NCBI GenBank assembly: GCA_010405405.1 | Contig: MU004232.1 | Location: forward strand, 2,251,481 to 2,315,480 | From: Microthyrium microscopicum | Taxonomy: Eukaryota | DNA: 64,000 bases | Reading direction: 5' to 3' | Part shown: piece after piece, positions 53,827-64,000 of the stretch | Numbering within the stretch: position 1 is the first letter of the stretch | How the letters are laid out: every line of letters begins with the position of its first letter | Notes under the pieces: model-generated | The model's database searches: none | What the model was told of the DNA's origin: nothing | The model's input: the letters and a program-made list of their open reading frames with translations, nothing else | Program-made: the position numbers and the translations under genes

Positions 53827-54039
53827 ATGTGCCAATACGACGGCTTCATATATGGCTGTGGCCATAAGAAACTTCGTCTACTCAAATATTGCCATAGTGC
53901 ACGAAACGCACCGGGTCATCAATGCTTCTCCCCGTGGCAGATGAAAGAAGAAATCCAACTTCCCAACGAGCGGTGTCCAGACTGTAGAACACAAGGACTG
54001 CCGCGTTTCATTTCAGATGACGCGCAGATGCAAAGCTAG
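53827..54039 (+). CDS. 70-aa Cys/His microprotein (MC-x8-CGH...CH...C...CxxC), paralog B
   Basis: TATAAA at 53603, 5'UTR intron 53760-53810, CATA-ATG context; aligns with the ORF at 52775. Confidence 0.8.
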   Translation: MCQYDGFIYGCGHKKLRLLKYCHSARNAPGHQCFSPWQMKEEIQLPNERCPDCRTQGLPRFISDDAQMQS

Positions 54040-56034
54040 TTGCAGAATTATATTCACCTGGGAGTCTCGATACAGGAAATTCTGGAGTCGTACATCACTT
54101 TCTCTCTATTTTGGCAACGGCGTCCAAGTTTGTTCCATCTTCCATCATTTTCGTGGACACTTTGGATGTGACTGCAACTTTGCGTCTGCACAGCATATGA
54201 AGATGGTTATCTTCTTACGGCAGTTCTTTTGTCTGGCCTTAGCTCACGAAGCAGAATATGGAATTGCTCAAGATCTGGAGTTATGGGTTGGGGTGGATGG
54301 GAGCTGCAGGTACCCATTTTTGAACTACTACATCATCGATATCATGTATACCTCATACATAACACTTAATTCACCAATGTACATGTCTTCATATAATGCT
54401 GCGGCTTACTGAGTGAAGTCATGGAGTCTAGTAGCACAAGAAGCGAGCTGTACTCTTGAGACATTTCTGTTGCGCCGCAGCTGTGAGACATTGAAAATTC
54501 TTGCATATTGCAGAATTTGCACACAATCTACGGATGTTCTATACTTCAATTTAGATACGTCGAGTATCATCAATTCTGAGTATCCTCGGTTCGTGTTACA
54601 ATTGATACAAGCCTGAAGATTCAATACATTTGTTCTTTTGTGCCACAGAGATCTTTATCAAATCGGAATCCTTACCGTCAAGGGAAATGAGAAAACGATG
54701 CCACCGTATCACCAATAGCCTCGCCTTAACAGCGGCCTCTTGTATAATCCCTTGGAAGTTCCAGTGTGTCTTCGACGGTTAAGGTGGCATGTGTCAGCCC
54801 TGGCTCTGAATTCCCAGTTTTTTGTGTGACTTCAGACTTTGTGCCAGGATGGCGATTTCCACGCGAGATGCAGTTTTAAGCGCATATAGGCAGATCCCAG
54901 TGACTATGTGTACTACGGTCAGTATGCAAGAAGGCTCCCCGCTTGCATAGCAAGGGACTTACAGGAACAGCGGGCCGATGCTGGAGGTAAGGAAGTGAGA
55001 GGTTTCTTTCTTAATCAAACGGTAGCACAATATATGTAATTGCGCTTCGACTCTCAAGACCAAATTCGCTGTGCGAACCATAAAGCTGCTCCTATGCATA
55101 GCATGTTGAAGCCGGTGCAACATCAAAAAGTCGGTCTGGGGGGCGTCAAAGTATTGCATATTTCAGAGTACTTTTGTTTGATTGAGGAGACGGTGTAAAA
55201 TCGCTGGGTAATTTATCTCTCTGTCCAAAAGCCTCGGTAAGGTGGAATAATTCTCTCTTTAGGATTGGTTATGTGCTCATCACGTCAACGGCAAGTGTAG
55301 CATGTGCGATGTGCGACCTAAGATGCATTCAAAATGGCTTACAAGTTGGTAGTACCACATAAATTGTTGATGGTAGGGCTTGTGGGCGCAAGTCAAGTTG
55401 AGCCTCCCGAATTCCAGCAACCAAGTATTGACTTTGTCAGACTCTCTTAGTGCATTTCCAGGCTAGCGTGACCAGAAGAAGAGTCGCAAGGCGGCGAAGC
55501 AGGAGATCATCAAGAGAATGCTAAATTACGAATTAAGGATACGCTGCTAGCCAACGTGCTGCGGGCTGGGCATTTCGTCACTGCAAGACAGCTTGTGGAA
55601 AACAACGCTATCGGAACTTGCCTTGAGGGTATTGTATACCTTCCAACCTCTGGCTATACTTCGTTCCTGTACGGTAAAATAACCAAGCTTAAGACACTTC
55701 AGGTTTCGAGCAATTGAAATAGCAGACCGCTGCTCAGGCATGCTGGCGGAGCAGCAATCCTCTTCCCTGAATTGGGATTGAAATACTCTGAGTATATCAA
55801 ACAAACCGTTGATCTATGTGCCTTTTCGCGAAGAACTTTAGTGAAAAAGTGGTGATAGAGCGAAGTGATGTAACATTTGACGTTGAGACGAGGTGAAGTT
55901 GGGGTTTTGCCGAATGCGGAGTCATTCAAAGCCGTTTCCGAATCGATGGCGTTAGCTTCCCAGATAATCACCCCAAACCTCCAACAAAACCTTCCTTTAT
56001 ATAAATCTATCTTCATTTCCAGGATACAATCAAA

Positions 56035-56833
56035 ATGTCAGATCCATCAGCACACGGTGGCGCATCAGGCGAGACCAAGGGCAAATTCGAGCCCAAGCAG
56101 CCTGTTCAACTCAACCCACCAAAGGATGATCCTATCACGTTAGAGCATCTAGCAAAATGCGATGGTAGGTGCCCCTTGAAGAGCTTGGATATCTTAGTCA
56201 TTTTCAAAATCGAGAACGGGATATTTTGGCCGCGTTGGCTATGCGCTTTAGAGATCCAGTGACTAACGAGGCACAGGTGAACATGAAGGCTTTCCAACTT
56301 ATGTCGCTATCAAGGTACTTGCTTACACCTGCTCTCTGTTACAAATGCCTATATTTTCGCACAGGCAGCAACCCGATTTCTCTAGCTACTATCGTACCAC
56401 AAGTCTAACGTCAACCAGGGAACAATCTTCGACGTAACAGGAAACAAGTCCTACGAAAAAGGCGCAAGCTATCACGGTAATACAAGCCCCATTTCAGCTT
56501 TCTCCAGATCATTCTTTTACACATATCGTCCACTCAACTCTAGGCACTACTCCTTTTTCAAAATGTTTATGGATGAATGTGTGACACATGACTCGCTCTT
56601 CTTGCCTCATGATACCTTCAAAGGTGTGGAGTACTGACAAATCCTCAGTTTTCACAGGCAAAGATGCATCACGAGCTCTAGCACAATCTTCGCTCAAGGC
56701 AGAAGATTGCCGTCCGGATTGGGAGGATTTGAACGATGACCATAAGAAAGTGCTCAGTGATTGGTTCACGTTCTTCAGCAAGCGGTACAACATCGTTGGA
56801 AAGGTGGCACAGGAGGAAGGATCAAATCTTTGA
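56035..56833 (+). CDS. Small cytochrome b5-like heme/steroid-binding (MAPR-family) protein; introns about 56165-56276, 56314-56418 and 56477-56648
   Basis: Spliced LAKCDG..GFPTYVAIKGTIFDVT..SY...SYHVFTGKDASRALA...LSDWFTFFSKRYNIVG. Confidence 0.92.
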
Positions 56834-57123
56834 TTGCTGTCAATGCAGGAATGAAATCATCATAGCAATGCACAAATTTAGAGCTTATGGTGTTTCGAGT
56901 CATTGTGGGTGTCATCAGAGAAGTGTACGATTCGTCGGAGAACTGCCTAGCTATTGAATGAAAGCAGAAGAGGAAGGCCTTCATGAAGAGCTGAGAATAG
57001 ATTCAAACCAAAGAGCCTTTATTCGCTCGCCTCAACCAGAGGATAAATTGCTATGCTACAGCTTAACCCAAACCAAGAACTCAACTCAACCCCATCTTAC
57101 ACAAACACAAACCCACACACCTA

Positions 57124-58774
57124 TCACTTTTCTTCCTTGAACGCATCTTCCACTTCTTTCGGCACCTCCTTCTTTCCATCCTTAACCGCCACCGATGATG
57201 ATTCACCCGCCTTGGAAGCCTGGGCTGGCTTAGTCACGCTAGACTCGCCAACTTTGGTATCCTCCTTGTCCGCATCCTTTTTGCTCTCAGACGCCTTACT
57301 GCCTGTCTTAGAAGAAGAATAGTCGTCGTCACTATCGCCCAAACTAAACGGATCATGATCATCCAGGCTCGTAGGCTCCACACTCGTCAACGGCTGCCAT
57401 TTGCCGCCTGCCTTACTACCCTGCGCCGGCGACGGTTTGCGGCCGATGCCCATCGGCGAGGACGAGGAAGAACCGGCCATTATGCCGGACTCCTGGCCGT
57501 CGCCTGATGTTTGGGTTTGCTTGAACAGATTGGGATTGGCGAGGGGACGTTGGCCTCGCGCTTGTCTTGCTGGGGGAGCTATATTTCTTGTTAGCGATCT
57601 TGTAATTATCGAAATGCACGAGGCAAAGGATATAATGTCATAATTTTCCTACAGGGACGGGTGATTTCGCGAAACTCATCACGAATCTGAAAGAAAGCAT
57701 GACGCGCAAAAGAAGAGAGGTACTTGAGCCTACTTTCGTCTTCACGAAGTTCCAGGCGGTGTCCAAAGTCGTCAGCAAGTACCTGTGGGTCAGCATCGTA
57801 GCGGTCATGTTCGCCAGAGCGACGAGAGCTTTCGGCGTTCTTGCGGATACCATGGATCTGGTTGGATTGCGAAGGGCCAAAGTCATTGCGTGGTGGTTGA
57901 GGGCGTCCACCGGGGCGGGGAATCGGATCCATGCTTTCGTCGCCGTCGAGTTTTTTCTGAAAGTCGCCCCACCACTTGTTGACGGTGCTCTTCGTCTCGT
58001 TGAAGGTCTTGGTGAGCTTCTCCTGAATTACTGGTAGATCGTCTATATTCGTTTAGCATTGGCTCCTCTCCAAGTAAGAACCGCGTACCGTCGAGGAAGC
58101 TATGCTCCTTTTCGCCATGCATGTCGTTTGCATTTAGTGTTGACTGGCCAGTCGAACGTCTAGGTAGTGGGGGGTTACCGCGACCACGAGAGCCAAAGCC
58201 CTCATATGAGCTCTCGTATTGTTCGGCTAGTTGTCTAGCATACAGCTCGTCCCGTTCGATCTGCGACATCGTCTTACGAGGCGGAGGTGGGGGAGCTGTC
58301 TCCTGGAAATCAGGATCGGACATGCCTAACTTGTTGATTAGCGATATGTATCTTTGAAATTCACGTTTTCATACTTAGCAGTGCGTTGAATGCAGGCTCA
58401 ACTTTTCCGCCACTAGCTACCAAGACGGCCTTGATAACCTTTGCATCCATGCTGGGAAATGCTTCGATCAATGTCTGCTCGGCCTGTGCTTTTGGGCTCA
58501 AGGGGCGCGGAGGCTTCGGTGGTGGGACGGGACCTTCATCATGTTCGTCCTGAAAGCTCACGCGCTTCTTGGGTGTTGATGAGCGTTCAGGGGCAGGAAG
58601 ATGAGCTTCTGGGACTTCGTCGTCTGCGTCGAATAGCGCGTCCGCTTCACGAACAGTTCGTGGCGACTCGGCGCCAGTTGAGGTTGCGGACTTGAGAGCG
58701 CTGGATGCAGGAGCCGTGGACTCAGTAGCAGCCTCGACCTTCTCGGCCGGCTTTTCAGATGCCTTGTCCGCCAT
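57124..58774 (-). CDS. CUE5: CUE-domain ubiquitin-binding protein, Cue5-like; 4 exons
   Basis: LIEAFPSMDAKVIKAVLVASGGKVEPAFNALL, DELYARQLA, YDADPQVLADDF and KWQPLTSVEP. Confidence 0.88.
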
Positions 58775-59721
58775 GTTCCTGGATGGTTATCTGCTCGTCA
58801 CTGCGACAGACAGGGAGGTGCTGGTGGATGTCGAGGTGAAGAAGAGGGCTCCTGGCAGGCAGAAGAGGAGAAATTTGAACGGCGGTAGACGTGCGAATGC
58901 AGGTACCTGACTTGGGGAAGCTGCAAGTGTATGCAAACGCGGTCGGGCTTTGGCGCCAGCGATGAGACGCGAGGAAGCTGGACAGACGTATAGCACCTCC
59001 TTGTGGTAGATCAGAGCGGAGTGCAAGCTCCTTTACACAATATAGAGCAAGTGCAAGGTGTAACAATGCAAGACTTTCCTCTAGGACCGGGTAATAGGCA
59101 AATATGGTTGGGAAACCGCCATCTGAACCAGCTTTGATAGAGAAGAATCGGGAGCCTTGAGAGCGCGGGGGAAACGTCATGCTGTGGCGTCGCCGTTGAA
59201 ATTGTGGCGTTCAACAGTCAATTTGCTGACTCATCACGAACTTGGGTGTGGCGTTTTATAGCGTTGACATTTTCTAACGTCAAGTCGCATCTCTTCGTCC
59301 CGATCCAGGGGCATAGTAGCATCGGGAGTTGACAACTGTGAGGTCGTCAACACAAGGTTCAAGGGACAAGTCAACGATATATCTTGAACCTGCTTCGTTG
59401 GCGGAGGAACATCGGCGAAAGCGCCCGGCCATACTGGTTCTTTGAGGTTTCAACTGCAGTTGCGCTAGACATTGCGAGGTAGATTGAACCAATCTCTGAG
59501 GTTGGAGAGACCCAGAATAGACAGTCTATAGCACCGTTAGAAGTAAACCCGGAGCGTGGTGCATCTGAACATACCTTCCTCGAGGGTCTGCCTAGCCCAA
59601 ATCCTTCTGGTTTGCTGCGTTGTTGTTCTTTCTCTTTCACCTAGTGATCCCCCCTGAATCCACTACCCATTTGCTCCGATACCCAAACAACACAAACACA
59701 ACCAATTACCTGACCCCCAAA

Positions 59722-61898
<2,177 letters not shown>

Positions 61899-62032
61899 GT
61901 CAATTGAATCATCTTCCACGATGCATGAGCACTGTGAGGCAATTCCTGCCGTGTTATTATACGGCAACAGATCGGGCAATCGCACGCCGAGACGCTCCAC
62001 AACGCCCTATGACCAGTAACAAGCCCGAAAAG

Positions 62033-63811
62033 TATATAAGTAAGCAGCAGGCCCCAGCCTCTCGTCAGTCGTCCAAATTCTCACTTTCATCCTCCTCTCA
62101 ATCTTCTTCTTCCATCTCCTCGTCCATCCACCGCAACACAACATCCATTCTTACATCTTTGTTCCATCCTTAGGCGTATCTTTCAGAGTCATTCTATCGC
62201 CTCTGGCACTTTTCGAGAAGAAAGTAAGTCGTTCTGACAGCTTCCCGCTCCGAAATCCATTTCTCACATCAGTTTTTCACTGTACATCCATCAAAACACA
62301 TGAATATCCTCATTGCTTTGATCCCCATCACTGTTTATACTTTCCATCATCAATGCTGCTAAGCTCGCCATGCTACGGCTTATTGAAGCTGTCTGCATGT
62401 GCAGCTCATTGTCATAGTCGTCATCAATCCCTTGGGCTTTGATTTCTGCTACTCAGCATCCATCAATCAGCACAATCAACACCATTACCCCATTTCCAAA
62501 CTACCCCATTATCAATAATGATTTTCATTCTCATCTACGGCAGTACACCGTATGTTATGACTTCTCAGAGCTATTCGCAATGAGTTCCTTGCGTTCTCCG
62601 CTGAAACCCTCATTTCACGCTCCACCTCCACCTCCTAAGCACCACCCCGAAGCCATTCCACATCACAAACAAGCTACTTATATACCTATCAGTCCTCAAC
62701 AGCAGCTGTTGAGTGACTTTGAGCCAATTGTGGCTCAATCGGGTTGCTTATGGTGGATTTGTTGTTTTGCGAGGCTGCAGTGTTGCCAGTCTACCCCTAT
62801 TCCACTCGAGCTTGCATTGCACATACCATTCCTTACTTTGCCAGTCTTATTATTTGTGTATAGACGATGCTAACTTCGCTCTTCTCAGTATTGTTCAACT
62901 CAATCATCCTCTTCCTCAACAGGAAGCCCTTGTGGCCTCCTTGCGATCCACCGTGCGGCGTGGACAAGGAGGCCACAAAAACAAAGCTGGGTCTAGAGTG
63001 CGGACATATTCGACGGTTGGTATCTCTCTCGTGTGCTCAACGTGTTGACTGACAGATGCTGTAGATAATAGAGTCACCGTCGATTCGGCGGTGGTATAGA
63101 GCACCCTAATCGTGGAACCAGCCATGGTAAGTGTCACATCGCAGTTTAATTATTGGACAAGTCTAACTTGAACTGCTGGTAGATGCTTTCTGGTATAACA
63201 GTCCCTGGAGATCTGGCTTTCAGTACCTGTGGCATCTGATCCAGAAGTTCGTGTGTTCTGCCTGGTGGTGGAAAAGCCCTTCGATCATATCGACATTGTC
63301 GGTGTGTCGGCTCAATTTCTTAGGCTGGTCCATACCTCCACACCAGCATGGACCAGCTTATCTTTCCGGGACCATGATATCCATGATGGGTCTGGCTTTC
63401 AGTACCTGTGGCATCTGATCCAGAAGTTCGTGTGTTCTGCCTGGTGGTGGAAAAGCCCTTCGATCATATCGACATTGTCGGTGTGTCGGCTCAATTTCTT
63501 AGGCTGGTCCATACCTCCACACCAGCATGGACCAGCTTATCTTTCCGGGACCATGATATCCATGATGGGTCTGGCTTTTAGTACCTATGGCATCTGATCC
63601 AGAAGTTCGTGTGTTCTGCGTGGTGGTAGAAAAGCTCTTCGATCATATCGACATTGTCAGTGTGTCGGCTCAATTTCTTAGGCTAGTCTATACCTCCACA
63701 CCAGCATGGACTAGCTTATCTTTCTGGGACCATGATATCCATGATGGGTCTTTCTTTCTGTAAGTTTGACTCTTCTGGAGTTTGAATCCTTCTGCAACTC
63801 ACACTTGATAG
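62033..63811 (+). ncRNA. Putative spliced Pol II transcript without a long ORF (lncRNA, long 5' leader or pseudogene)
   Basis: TATATAA at 62033, a CT-rich tract, and five co-oriented intron-like segments: 62224-62272, 62550-62888, 63016-63055, 63127-63182 and 63760-63811. Confidence 0.4.
63212..63748. repeat. Tandem repeat, 3 x 179 bp
   Basis: Copies start at 63212, 63391 and 63570. Copies 1 and 2 are identical; copy 3 has 10 substitutions. Confidence 0.97.
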
Positions 63812-64000
63812 ACTATGTCTGCCACTTTAGCAAAACAACACGGTGGATCTGGCTGATTGAATACACTAGCCGCATGGCTTTGGATCCGCTCTCCATTCAA
63901 TCTGCAACAGGATGAAACTACTCTGCTAGATGGCAATCCACTCTGAGGTGACAAACCAAGCAGGATTATCTCCGTCGCTGGGCTCTAATTTATCACTCAT

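Noticed and set aside
56165..56648. Stwintron or snoRNA in the longer introns of the cytochrome b5-like gene
   Set aside because: Excising at the internal CAG does not rebuild a donor site, and the only CTGA in intron 3 coincides with the branch point.
57579..57733. Box C motif (GTGATGA) in the long CUE5 intron, suggesting a snoRNA
   Set aside because: No downstream CTGA box D and no recognisable rRNA guide.
63229..63597. 122-aa ORF across the repeat
   Set aside because: GTG start, and it reads the same 179-bp unit in different frames, so it is a by-product of the repeat.
63212..63748. CRISPR array, hammerhead ribozyme array or 5S rRNA in the tandem repeat
   Set aside because: No unique spacers, no CUGANGA core (the sequence reads CTGATCC) and no resemblance to 5S rRNA.

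Overview
This window is filamentous ascomycete (Pezizomycotina, probably Dothideomycete) genomic DNA with short GT-AG introns (mostly about 50 nt) and CTRAC/CTRAY branch points. About 26 genes can be reconstructed by hand. Housekeeping genes: TBCD, POL32/cdc27, PPS1, a YCF1-like ABC transporter, CUE5, DHX35, a DUF1640 protein and a small cytochrome b5-like protein. Two MFS transporters (DHA1 and GIT1-like). Accessory or secreted genes: a lipase, a CE4 deacetylase with three tandem N-terminal domains, a PHM-like copper monooxygenase candidate, a G1-peptidase-like protein, a CFEM-like sensor, small Cys-rich proteins, an MBL-fold hydrolase and two methyltransferases. Non-genic highlights are a 455-bp hAT-type MITE with an 8-bp TSD and nested inverted repeats, and a 3 x 179-bp tandem array whose third copy carries a RIP-like signature inside an apparently multi-intron, ORF-less transcript. 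A pair of paralogous 67-70 aa 'MC-x8-CxH' Cys/His microproteins sits in a gene-poor interval. No rRNA, tRNA or CRISPR array was seen. All family calls come from recognising motifs by eye, not from database searches.
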